Source of the DNA: Candidatus Marinacidobacterium sp.
Lineage (GTDB): Bacteria; Acidobacteriota; Vicinamibacteria; Marinacidobacterales; Marinacidobacteraceae
Assembly (NCBI GenBank): GCA_965220965.1
Contig: OZ244852.1
Coordinates: 864,001 to 928,000, forward strand
Length of the DNA: 64,000 nt
Reading direction: 5' to 3'
The position numbers and the translations under genes were made by a program. This document shows, in pieces, positions 47,603 through 56,345 of the stretch. A model generated the notes under the pieces. The model was not told the origin of the DNA. It saw only the letters and a program-made list of their open reading frames with translations, and did no database searches. Positions within the stretch are counted from its first letter, which is position 1. Each line of letters starts with the position of its first letter.

Positions 47603-47685
47603 GTTCGCCGGGCGGCGGATTCTATCGGCGCGCCCGGGACATCGCGCCAGACAGCGCAGGCTTCGCCGGTGGGCGCCCGTCCGGT

Positions 47686-49101
47686 TCAGGCGACCTCGAT
47701 CTTCATCATGTTCGTGGCGCCGCTGAGCTGCACCGTCCCGCACACCAGGACGACGCGGTCGCCAGCCTGGATCCGGCCTTCCTTCCGGAGCGTGTCGAGC
47801 GAGGCGCTCAGCATGGCGTCCGTAGTCCGGAATCGCCGGCCGCGCATGGGTCGAACGCCCCACCGCAGCGCGAGGCGCCGGTAGACCGCGTCCGAAGGGG
47901 TGAACCCGAAGATCCCGCAGGGCGGGCGGAGGCGGCTCACCTGGCGGACGGTGGCGCCCGAGTCGGTGAACGCGACGATGTGGGAGGCCTGGATCGTGGC
48001 CGCCGCCTGCCGGGCGGCCGCCGCCACCGCGTGCTCCACCCGGCTGGTGTCGATGAGCGCCTCCATCCCGGTCGGGTCCGGGAAGGCGGCGTTCCGTTCG
48101 GTGAAGGAGACGATCCTCTCCATCGTCTGCACCGCTTCCATCGGGTAACTCCCCACCGAGGTCTCGCCGGACAGCATCACCGCGTCGCTGCCGTCGAGCA
48201 CCGCGTTCGCCACATCGGACGCCTCGGCGCGGGTGGGGAGCGGATGGTGGATCATCGACTCGAGCATCTGCGTCGCGGTGATCGCGATCCGGCCCCGCTG
48301 GTTCGCCTCCCGGATCACCTGCTTCTGGATGACCGGGACCCGCTCGGCGGAGGTCTCGACTCCCAGATCCCCGCGGGCCACCATGACGCCGTCGGCGGTC
48401 TGCAGGATGCCGGTCAGATCGTCGAGCGCCTCGGGCCGCTCCAGTTTGGCGATGACCGGAAGGTCGCCGCGGCCAAGCTCGCGCAGGACGGTCCGCACCC
48501 GTTCGATGTCCTTCCGGTCGCGCACGAACGAGACGGCCAGGAAGTCCACGCCGGCCGCCACCGAGGCCTCCAGGTCGGCGCGGTCCTTGTCGGTGAAGGA
48601 AGGGCCCGAAAGCGGCACGCCGGGAAGGTTGAGTCCCTTGCGCGACTTGAGAAGCCCCCCGACTACGACTTCGGTCTCGACGTCCTCGCCACGGAGTCCG
48701 ACGACGCGCAGCCCGAGCAGGCCGTCGTCGATGAGGATCGAGTCGCCCGGGCGAACGTCCTGCGCCAGCCGGGCGTAGGTCGTGGAAACCCGCCCGGGAC
48801 CGCCTTCGATCTCCTCCGGGGTCAGGACGAGGGTCTGCCCTGGCGTCAGCTCGACGCCCTCTCCCGGCACGATCCCGGTGCGCATCTTGGGACCGGCCAG
48901 ATCGGCCACGGTGGCGACGGCCCGGCCCTGCTTGCGGGAGGCGCGGCGCACCGCGCGGACCCGGGCCGCCAGCGAGGCGGCGCTCTCGTGGGCGCAGTTC
49001 AGCCGGGCGGCGTCCATTCCGGCGGCGACCAGATGTTCGACCCGCTCCGCGGTCCGGGTGGCGGGACCGAGGGTGGCGATGATCTTGGCCCGGCGCGTCA
49101 T
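47686..49101 (-). CDS. pyk: Pyruvate kinase
   Basis: RRAKIIATLGPA, ARLNCAH, DLAGPKMR, IAKLE, MVARGDLGVE, ATQMLESMI, PTRAEASDVANA, MLSGET. Start ATG 49101. Confidence 0.95.
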   Translation of the reverse strand: MTRRAKIIATLGPATRTAERVEHLVAAGMDAARLNCAHESAASLAARVRAVRRASRKQGRAVATVADLAGPKMRTGIVPGEGVELTPGQTLVLTPEEIEGGPGRVSTTYARLAQDVRPGDSILIDDGLLGLRVVGLRGEDVETEVVVGGLLKSRKGLNLPGVPLSGPSFTDKDRADLEASVAAGVDFLAVSFVRDRKDIERVRTVLRELGRGDLPVIAKLERPEALDDLTGILQTADGVMVARGDLGVETSAERVPVIQKQVIREANQRGRIAITATQMLESMIHHPLPTRAEASDVANAVLDGSDAVMLSGETSVGSYPMEAVQTMERIVSFTERNAAFPDPTGMEALIDTSRVEHAVAAAARQAAATIQASHIVAFTDSGATVRQVSRLRPPCGIFGFTPSDAVYRRLALRWGVRPMRGRRFRTTDAMLSASLDTLRKEGRIQAGDRVVLVCGTVQLSGATNMMKIEVA

Positions 49102-49886
49102 GCGGCCTCTCCGGCGCCAGCGGGACCGTCTCCAGCCTTCCGCGCGCGTGCGGGCAGCGCCGGATGGAACACCGTCGCGAGGATCTTCACGCTGGCCAGG
49201 AACGACCCCGCGAACGTGCCGGAGACCTTCGAGCGTCCCTCGACCCGCTTCCGGCAGGTGACCGCCACCTCGGCGGACCGAACGCCCTGCGAGGCGGCCC
49301 GGACCTGCATCTCGGCGGTCCAGCCGAAGTCCGGATCCCGCATCCCCAGCGCGCCGAGCGTGTCCCACCGGACCGCGCGGAACGGTCCGAGGTCGGTGAA
49401 GCGGTATCCGCTCCGCACACGGATGACGAAGGCGGCGAACCGGCTCCCGAGGCGCGCGTGGAGCGGCCAGGCGCCCGGCTCGGCGCGGCCGCGGACCCGG
49501 GAGCCGATGGACAGGTCCGCGTCCCCGGCCCGGATCGGCGCGAGCAGGCGGGGCAGCTCCGCCGGGTCCGAACTGCCATCGGCGTCGAGGAAAACGACGG
49601 CGTCGGGGGCATCGTCCGCGGGCCGCCGGGTCAGATGGGCGATGCCCGCGAGACAGGCGCGCCCATAGCCGCGGCGCGGCTCGGCGACCACGGTGGCGCC
49701 ATGGTCCCGGGCGACATCCGCAGTCCCGTCGCGCGAGCCGTTGTCCACGACGACGACTTCGTGGATGGCGCCGGCGGACGAACCGGCGAGCGAGGAGAGA
49801 ACGGCGCCGATCGCGCCTTCCTCATCCCGAGCCGGCAGGACCGCGGCCGCGGTGAACCGCTCCGCGCCTTCGGGTTCCCCGCGCAC
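49098..49886 (-). CDS. Glycosyltransferase family 2 (DPM1-like)
   Basis: VLPARDEE, VVVDNGSRDGT, RGYGRAC, FLDADGS, TDLGPFRA, GWTAEMQ. Confidence 0.88.
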   Translation of the reverse strand: MRGEPEGAERFTAAAVLPARDEEGAIGAVLSSLAGSSAGAIHEVVVVDNGSRDGTADVARDHGATVVAEPRRGYGRACLAGIAHLTRRPADDAPDAVVFLDADGSSDPAELPRLLAPIRAGDADLSIGSRVRGRAEPGAWPLHARLGSRFAAFVIRVRSGYRFTDLGPFRAVRWDTLGALGMRDPDFGWTAEMQVRAASQGVRSAEVAVTCRKRVEGRSKVSGTFAGSFLASVKILATVFHPALPARARKAGDGPAGAGEAA

Positions 49887-49894
49887 GGGAAAGC

Positions 49895-49900
49895 AGTATA
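49895..49900 (-). promoter_or_regulatory. -10 box TATACT for the GT2-pyk operon
   Basis: 8 nt upstream of GTG 49886. Confidence 0.6.
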
Positions 49901-49975
49901 GGCCCCCCGCGGGATGCCCCGGGTCGCGGGCGATAATGGAGGCTGCGCGGCCGCGACCGGCGGCCCCTCACCATC

Positions 49976-51544
49976 GTGACTGCGGAACCAGCGAACGCCG
50001 GGCGGCGGAGGCTGCCGATCGGCATCCAGACCTTCCGCGAGATCCGCGAAGACGGGCACTATTACGTTGACAAGACCCCGTTCATCGAACGGCTGGTCGG
50101 TGGCGGGAAGCACTACTTCCTCTCGCGTCCCCGCCGTTTCGGCAAGAGCCTGCTCCTCGACACGATCAAGGAGCTGTTCGAGGGGAACGAACCGCTCTTC
50201 CGGGGGCTGGCCATCCACGACCGTTGGGACTGGTCCACGCCGTATCCGGTGGTCCGGCTGAGCTTCGGAGCCGGTCACTTCCGGGTTCCTGAACGACTTG
50301 AGGCCAGGACCGGGGAGCAACTCGCGGCGCTCCAGGCCGCCTGGGGCGTCTCGTTCTCGGGCGCCACCGCTGAGGGCGCTCTAACTCACCTCCTGGAGTC
50401 GCTGCATTCGGCGACCGGCCGGAGGGTCGTCGTGCTGGTGGACGAGTACGACAAGCCGATCCTCGATGCGCTTCGGGATCCGGAGGTTGCGCGGGCGAAC
50501 CGGGACTTCCTGCGGGGGCTCTATGGAGTCATCAAGGATTCGGACGCCCACATCCGCTTCACCCTGCTCACCGGGGTGAGCAAGTTCTCGAAGGTGAACC
50601 TGTTCTCCGGACTGAACAACCTGCTGGACATCACGCTCGAGCCGGAGTTCTCGTCGATCTGCGGCTACACCGAGGCCGATCTGGACGCCGTGTTCGCCCC
50701 GGAGCTGCCGGGGCTCGGCCGCGAAGCGATCCGGGACTGGTACAACGGCTACAACTGGCTCGGCCACGAGAGCGTGTACAACCCGTTTGGCGTGCTGCTG
50801 CTGTTCCGGCGACGCAGGTTCGCGGCGTACTGGTTCGAGACCGCGACGCCGAGGTTTCTGGTGGACACGCTGATGGAGCGCGGGGCGCCGGCCTTCCGGC
50901 TCGACGGGCTGGTGGCGAGCGAGGCGCTCCTTTCATCGTTCGAGGTGGAGGACATCGCCCCGGAGGCGCTGCTCTTCCAGGCCGGGTACCTGACGATCCG
51001 CGAAGCGGAGGACCTCGAGGGGGAGATGTCCTACCGGCTGGGATTCCCCAACCGGGAGGTGCGGCAGAGTCTGAACCGCTGGCTGCTGGGCCGGCTGGCG
51101 AGCGATTCCGCGGGGTGGCCGAAGCGGCGCCCGAGGCTGATGGAGTCGCTCCGGAAGGGCGACTTCGCCGGCCTGGAGCGCGAGTTCCGGTCGCTCTTCG
51201 CGGGCATACCGACCGAGTGGCATACCCGGAACGAGATCGCCCGCTATGAGGGGTATTACGCCAGTGTCTTCTACGCGTGTCTGGCGGCGCTCGGGATGGA
51301 TGTCCGGGTGGAGGACAGCTCGGCGGCGGGCCGGCTGGACCTGGCGCTGCTCCACGGCGGCCAGGTCGTCCTGTTCGAGTTCAAGGTCGTCGAACGCGCC
51401 GGCGACGGCGCCGCGCTTCGTCAGCTTCAGGAGCGGGGGTATGCGGAGAAGTACCGGGCGCGGGGAGAGCCGATCCACCTCGTGGGGGTGGAGTTCAGCG
51501 AGAAGACGCGGAACCTGAGCGGGTTCGACGTGGCGACCGGCTGA
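49976..51544 (+). CDS. AAA-ATPase-like protein with C-terminal PD-(D/E)xK nuclease (DUF1703-type)
   Basis: LPIGIQTF.EIR...YYVDKT, LSRPRRFGKSL, LVDEYDKP, TGVSKFSK, FPNREV, GRLDL...LFEFK, Q...Y.EKY. Confidence 0.9.
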   Translation: MTAEPANAGRRRLPIGIQTFREIREDGHYYVDKTPFIERLVGGGKHYFLSRPRRFGKSLLLDTIKELFEGNEPLFRGLAIHDRWDWSTPYPVVRLSFGAGHFRVPERLEARTGEQLAALQAAWGVSFSGATAEGALTHLLESLHSATGRRVVVLVDEYDKPILDALRDPEVARANRDFLRGLYGVIKDSDAHIRFTLLTGVSKFSKVNLFSGLNNLLDITLEPEFSSICGYTEADLDAVFAPELPGLGREAIRDWYNGYNWLGHESVYNPFGVLLLFRRRRFAAYWFETATPRFLVDTLMERGAPAFRLDGLVASEALLSSFEVEDIAPEALLFQAGYLTIREAEDLEGEMSYRLGFPNREVRQSLNRWLLGRLASDSAGWPKRRPRLMESLRKGDFAGLEREFRSLFAGIPTEWHTRNEIARYEGYYASVFYACLAALGMDVRVEDSSAAGRLDLALLHGGQVVLFEFKVVERAGDGAALRQLQERGYAEKYRARGEPIHLVGVEFSEKTRNLSGFDVATG

Positions 51545-51638
51545 GCCGGATCTCGGTAGCCGGTTCTCCATAACGGGCGGCGGGGGCCGCCCGCCGACTG
51601 CCTGAGGCGCAGGGAGCCCCCGGTATGCTTCCGCCCGC

Positions 51639-53309
51639 ATGGAGTCCGCGGGAGTCGGCCGGCCGCGGCGCTCGGGAGACGCCGCGCTCTGGTGGGCGGC
51701 GTTGGCGCTGCTCGCCGTCGGGGGCTGCTCGGAGGTTCCTTCTCCGTCCGGCGAAACGGACGCCGCGGTGTTCTTCCGCGGGGGCCAGGTTCTCGACGGT
51801 ACCGGCAACCCCTGGTACGCGGCCGATGTGCTCGTGATCGGGGACCGGATCGAGCGCGTCGGAGTCGTGCCCGCCGAGGCCGTTCCCCAGGCCGCCCGGG
51901 AGGTGGATGTAACCGGGCTCACGGTGATGCCCGGCTTCATCGATCCCCATTCCCATGCGGGGCCGGGGCTCGCGAACCCCGAACTTCGGGCCGGCGTTCC
52001 CATCGTCCACCAGGGGATCACGACGGTCCTCGTGAACCCCGACGGCGGCGGCGAAGTGGACCTCGCGGCGCAGCGGGCGGCGCTCGAGAGCGGCGGGATC
52101 GGCGTCAACGTGGCGCTCATGATCGGCCACGGATCGGTTCGTCGCGAGGTCATGGGAATGGAGGACCGCCCGCCCACCGAGGAGGAGATGGACCTGATGG
52201 CGGGGCTCGTCCGCGCCGGGATGGAGGCCGGGGCCTTCGGGATGAGCGGGGGGCTCTACTACGCGCCCGGCAGCTACGCCGCGAACGACGAAGTCGTACG
52301 ACTGGCGGCCGAGATCGCCCCCTGGGGCTCGTTCGTCAGCCACATCCGCGACGAGAGCGACTACAACATCGGGCTGGTCGCCGCGGTGGAGGAGGTCATC
52401 GAGGTCGCGGAGGCGCAGCGGATCCGGGGTGTGGTGACCCACTTCAAGGCGCTGGGGCCGACGGTCTGGGGCCTCAGCCGCGAGGCCACGGCGGCGATCG
52501 ACCGGGCCCGCGCCCGGGGCGTCGAGGTCTTCGCCGACCAGTACCCCTACGAGGCCTCCGGCACCAGCATCGTCGGCGCGCTCGTGCCGCGATGGGCGCT
52601 CGCCGGCGAGGCCATGCCGGGGATGCCCTCCCCGCTCCAGGAGCGGCTCGGGAACCCCGCGGAGCGCGCGCGGCTGCGGGCCGACATGCTCGTGGCCCTC
52701 GAGCGCCGCGGCGGCGCGGAGACCCTCCTGCTGTCCCGGCATCAGGCCGACACCTCGCTCGAGGGGCGCTATCTGAGCGATCTCGCCCGGGAGTGGGAGC
52801 TCGAACCGATCGACGCCGCGCTCCGGCTGCTCGAGGACGGGGGAGCGGGCCTCGTCTCCTTCAACATGGCGGAGGACGACATCGCCCACATCATGACCCG
52901 CGAATGGACCATGGCCTCGTCCGACGGCGGTCTCGTTCCGTCGGATCAGGGCAGGCCGCATCCGCGCTTCTACGGGGCGTTCCCCCGGCGGATCTCGCGC
53001 TACGTGCGGGAGCGCGGCGTGCTGACCCTGGCGCAGTCGGTCCGGGGCATGACGAGCCTGCCCGCGACCGTGCTGCGCATGCCCGATCGGGGCCTGCTGG
53101 CGGCGGGCCGCATCGCCGACCTGATCGTGGTGGACGCCGAGCGATTCGGGGACGCCGCGACCTATCAGGAGCCCCACGCGCTGGCCGAGGGGATCGAGTA
53201 CGTCCTGGTGAACGGCGTCTTCGCGCTCGATGGCGGCGAGGCCACCGGCGCGCTCGCCGGCCGGGTGCTCACGCCCCACTGGCTGGACCAGGACGGCGAA
53301 GCGCGGTGA
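51639..53309 (+). CDS. N-acyl-D-amino-acid deacylase family amidohydrolase (probable lipoprotein)
   Basis: DGTGNPWY.ADV, PGFIDPHSH, QGITT, SHIRDE, ADQYPY, SSDGG, HPRFYGAFPR. Confidence 0.88.
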   Translation: MESAGVGRPRRSGDAALWWAALALLAVGGCSEVPSPSGETDAAVFFRGGQVLDGTGNPWYAADVLVIGDRIERVGVVPAEAVPQAAREVDVTGLTVMPGFIDPHSHAGPGLANPELRAGVPIVHQGITTVLVNPDGGGEVDLAAQRAALESGGIGVNVALMIGHGSVRREVMGMEDRPPTEEEMDLMAGLVRAGMEAGAFGMSGGLYYAPGSYAANDEVVRLAAEIAPWGSFVSHIRDESDYNIGLVAAVEEVIEVAEAQRIRGVVTHFKALGPTVWGLSREATAAIDRARARGVEVFADQYPYEASGTSIVGALVPRWALAGEAMPGMPSPLQERLGNPAERARLRADMLVALERRGGAETLLLSRHQADTSLEGRYLSDLAREWELEPIDAALRLLEDGGAGLVSFNMAEDDIAHIMTREWTMASSDGGLVPSDQGRPHPRFYGAFPRRISRYVRERGVLTLAQSVRGMTSLPATVLRMPDRGLLAAGRIADLIVVDAERFGDAATYQEPHALAEGIEYVLVNGVFALDGGEATGALAGRVLTPHWLDQDGEAR

Positions 53310-54706
53310 CCGAGGTCCGGCCCGACAGCCGCGGCGCGATCGCCGCGACGATCCTGGAGACGGTCGGCGACACCCCCCTCGTCGGGCTCCGCCGGATCGG
53401 TCGGGGACTCCCCGGCCGGGTGGCCGTCAAGATGGAGTCGTTCAATCCGGGAGGCTCGGTCAAGGACCGGATCGCGATCTCGATCATCGAGGACGCGGAG
53501 CGCCGCGGCGAGCTTCAGCCGGGCGGCACGATCGTCGAGGCCACCTCGGGGAACACCGGGATGGGGCTGGCGCTCGTCGCCGCCGTCCGGGGCTATCGCT
53601 CGATCTTCGTCATGCCCGACAAGATGAGCGACGAGAAGATCCGGGCGCTCCGGGCGCTCGGCGCGGAGGTCGTGGTCACTCCGACCGCGGTCGAACCCGA
53701 AGACCCGCGCAGCTACTACATGGTCGCGCGCCGCCTCGTCGAGGAGACCGGGGCCTTCTACGCGAACCAGTACCACAATCCGGTGAACCCCGAGACCCAC
53801 TACCGCTTGACCGGGCCCGAGCTCTGGGGGCAGGTGGGACCCGAACTGCACACCCTGGTGTGCGGTCTGGGAACCGGGGGCACGATCTCGGGGACCGGCC
53901 GTTACCTCAAGGAGCGCAATCCGGCGATCCGGATCGTAGGGGCGGACCCCTTCGGCTCGCTCTACGACGAGTACTTCCGGACCGGGAAGCTGGGCGAAGC
54001 CACCAGCTACAAGGTCGAGGGCATCGGCGAGGACTTCATCCCGTCCACGATCGACTTCAGCGTGGTGGACGAGGTCATCCAGGTGAGCGACCGGGACTCG
54101 TTTCTCATGACCCGGCGCCTCGCCCGCGAAGAGGGCCTGTTCGTCGGGGGTTCCGCGGGAACGGCGATGGTGGCCGGCCTGCAGGTCGCCGGACAGGTCC
54201 CTGAGGGGGCGCTGGTGGTCGTGCTCGCGCCGGATTCCGGCAGCCGCTACCTCTCGAAGATCTTCAGCGACGACTGGATGCGCCAGAACGGCTTCCTCGA
54301 CACCGGCTTCGAGGGGGCCCGGGTGGCTGACGTGCTCGCCGCCAAGGGCGGGGAGGAAGTGCTCAGCCTCCCCGAGACCGCCGGAGTGCGCGATGCGGTG
54401 GCGCTCATGCGGGACCACGATGTCTCCCAGCTTCCGGTGCGGAGCGGCGACGGCTTCATCGGGGTGGTGACCGAGGCCTCGCTGCTCGAGGGGATGCTGG
54501 CGGGGGGGCCGGCGAGGGGCGACGACCCGGTCCGCTCGTTCGTGCGGGCCGACTCGGTCGCGACGGTGGAGGCGGATCGCCCGCTCGAGGACCTGGCGCT
54601 GATCTTCGCCCGCGGCCGGATTGCGGTGGTGACCGACGAGGGTCGGGTGGTGGGCCTGCTCACCCCAATCGACCTGCTCGACTACCTCTCGCGCGAGAGG
54701 TCCTGA
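53306..54706 (+). CDS. Cystathionine beta-synthase with C-terminal CBS domains
   Basis: GTG 53306 overlaps the previous stop; FNPGGSVKDR, EATSGNTG, NQY.NP.NP..HY..TGPE, GTGGT, YKVEGIGED, PDSGSRYLSKIF; CBS pair (DVSQLPV). Confidence 0.88.
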   Translation: MTEVRPDSRGAIAATILETVGDTPLVGLRRIGRGLPGRVAVKMESFNPGGSVKDRIAISIIEDAERRGELQPGGTIVEATSGNTGMGLALVAAVRGYRSIFVMPDKMSDEKIRALRALGAEVVVTPTAVEPEDPRSYYMVARRLVEETGAFYANQYHNPVNPETHYRLTGPELWGQVGPELHTLVCGLGTGGTISGTGRYLKERNPAIRIVGADPFGSLYDEYFRTGKLGEATSYKVEGIGEDFIPSTIDFSVVDEVIQVSDRDSFLMTRRLAREEGLFVGGSAGTAMVAGLQVAGQVPEGALVVVLAPDSGSRYLSKIFSDDWMRQNGFLDTGFEGARVADVLAAKGGEEVLSLPETAGVRDAVALMRDHDVSQLPVRSGDGFIGVVTEASLLEGMLAGGPARGDDPVRSFVRADSVATVEADRPLEDLALIFARGRIAVVTDEGRVVGLLTPIDLLDYLSRERS

Positions 54707-54734
54707 GCGGCGTCGGGCGCGAAGTCCCAGCGAG

Positions 54735-56345
54735 CTACATCCGGCGGTAGCGGGGGCCCGCGCCTCCCTCCCGGGGGGTCCAGCGGGGGCCGAAGACATC
54801 GGCGGCCCGGCAGTCCACGCAGTTCGACTGGTTCACGGTGACCGTCTCGCCGCGAACCTCGTAGACCCCGGCCGGGCAGATCCGCTCCCAGAGGCGCGCC
54901 GCATCGGCGGGGACCGGGTCGGGAAGCTTCAGGTGGGGCGGATGGTCGTCGCGGGTGTTGTTTCCGGAGAGGAAGACGCCGTCGAGCTTGGTGAACGGCG
55001 GAGGCTCCGGCGGCGGTCCCGCAGGAGCCCGGAGGTGATCGGCGTCATCCACCACCGGAAGATCGCCCCGGGGGAGGGCGCCGCCGGTCAGGGTGGCCAG
55101 TCCGGACACCAGAGCGCCCCGCCAGAACCCCCGGGCGAAGGCGGGCCGGAAGTTTCGGGTGCGGCGCAGATCCCGAAGGATCGCGCTGTCCTCAAGCGAG
55201 GCGTCGTAGAACGAGAGCGGCACGCCCGCCCGCAAGTGGCTCACGACCGCGTCGGCGGCGAGGATCCCGGACAGCATCGCGTAGTGGATCCCCTTGAGCG
55301 AGGGGACATCCACGAACCCGGCGGCGTCGCCCAGCACGACCACACCGTCGCCCGAGAGCCGCCCGGGCAGGGCCGCCGGCCCCCCCTCGGGGATCAGCCG
55401 CGCGCCCCACTCGAGGCATTCGCCTCCGTCGAGGTGCGGCCGTACGAGAGGGTGCTCCTTGAGCCGCTGGAGCGCGGCGTGGGCGTCGAGCGCCGGGGTG
55501 GGCGCGTCGAGGCCCACGACGATCCCGAGCGCGGCGAGTCCCTCTCCCATGGGATAGAAGAAGCTGCCGCCGAACGCGTCCCGCGGCAGGGGGTAACCGA
55601 GCGTGTGGATCACCCGTTCCGGAGGCCGCTCCGAGCGCCAGAGCTCCTTCACGCCGAGCGCATACACCGCCGGAGACGAGGCGCGGACCCCCGAGCGCTC
55701 CATCCACGCCGCAGTCAGCGGGCCCCGGGCGCCCTCGGCGAGAACGACGACGCGGGCTGCGATGTCGGTCGGCGGCTCGTAGCCGGCGCCGGGGGAGCCG
55801 TCGCGGCTCAGCCCGGAAGGCGTGGTCTCTACGCCGACGACCCGCCCCTCGCGCCGGAGCAGGCGACCCACCGGGAATCCGGGGAACACCTCGACGCCGA
55901 GCCCCTCGGCGCGCGCCGCCAGCCACCGGACCATCTCGGAGAGCGAGGCGGTGTAGAAGCCTCGGTTCCGCATCGTCGGCGGCGTCGGGAGCCGGAAGGA
56001 GCGCTCTTCGGTGAGGAAGAAGACGCTCTCCCCGGTGACCGGGAGGCGGAAAGGAAACTCCGCCTCCGGCGTGTCCGGGAAGAGCTCGCGGAAGGCGACC
56101 GGATTCACCACCGCGCCCGAGAGCGAGTGTCCGCCCGGCTCGGCCGCCTTCTCGAACACCGCGACCGAGATCTCCTCCCCCGCGGCCCTCGCGGTCTGCG
56201 CGATCCGGATCGCCGCCGCGAGCCCGGCGGGACCGCCGCCCACGACCGCGACGTCGAAGGGCAGGGCGTCGCCCGCCGGCGCCCGCTCGGCCACCAGCCG
56301 GTCGACCGGCAGCGGCGGGCGGTGATCGGCGAGGCGGATGCTCAT
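54735..56345 (-). CDS. Electron transfer flavoprotein-quinone oxidoreductase (FixC+FixX-like)
   Basis: ATG 56345; VGGGPAGL, HSLSGAV, LAEG.RG, GVKELW, IPEGG, LKGIH.AMLSG; C-terminal CPAGVYE...NCVDCRAAD...EGGAGP.Y. Confidence 0.88.
   Translation of the reverse strand: MSIRLADHRPPLPVDRLVAERAPAGDALPFDVAVVGGGPAGLAAAIRIAQTARAAGEEISVAVFEKAAEPGGHSLSGAVVNPVAFRELFPDTPEAEFPFRLPVTGESVFFLTEERSFRLPTPPTMRNRGFYTASLSEMVRWLAARAEGLGVEVFPGFPVGRLLRREGRVVGVETTPSGLSRDGSPGAGYEPPTDIAARVVVLAEGARGPLTAAWMERSGVRASSPAVYALGVKELWRSERPPERVIHTLGYPLPRDAFGGSFFYPMGEGLAALGIVVGLDAPTPALDAHAALQRLKEHPLVRPHLDGGECLEWGARLIPEGGPAALPGRLSGDGVVVLGDAAGFVDVPSLKGIHYAMLSGILAADAVVSHLRAGVPLSFYDASLEDSAILRDLRRTRNFRPAFARGFWRGALVSGLATLTGGALPRGDLPVVDDADHLRAPAGPPPEPPPFTKLDGVFLSGNNTRDDHPPHLKLPDPVPADAARLWERICPAGVYEVRGETVTVNQSNCVDCRAADVFGPRWTPREGGAGPRYRRM

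Noticed and set aside
47508-47685. tRNA-Val as an integration site
   Set aside because: No integrase nearby and no duplicate of the tRNA 3' end noticed; the flanks are core genes.
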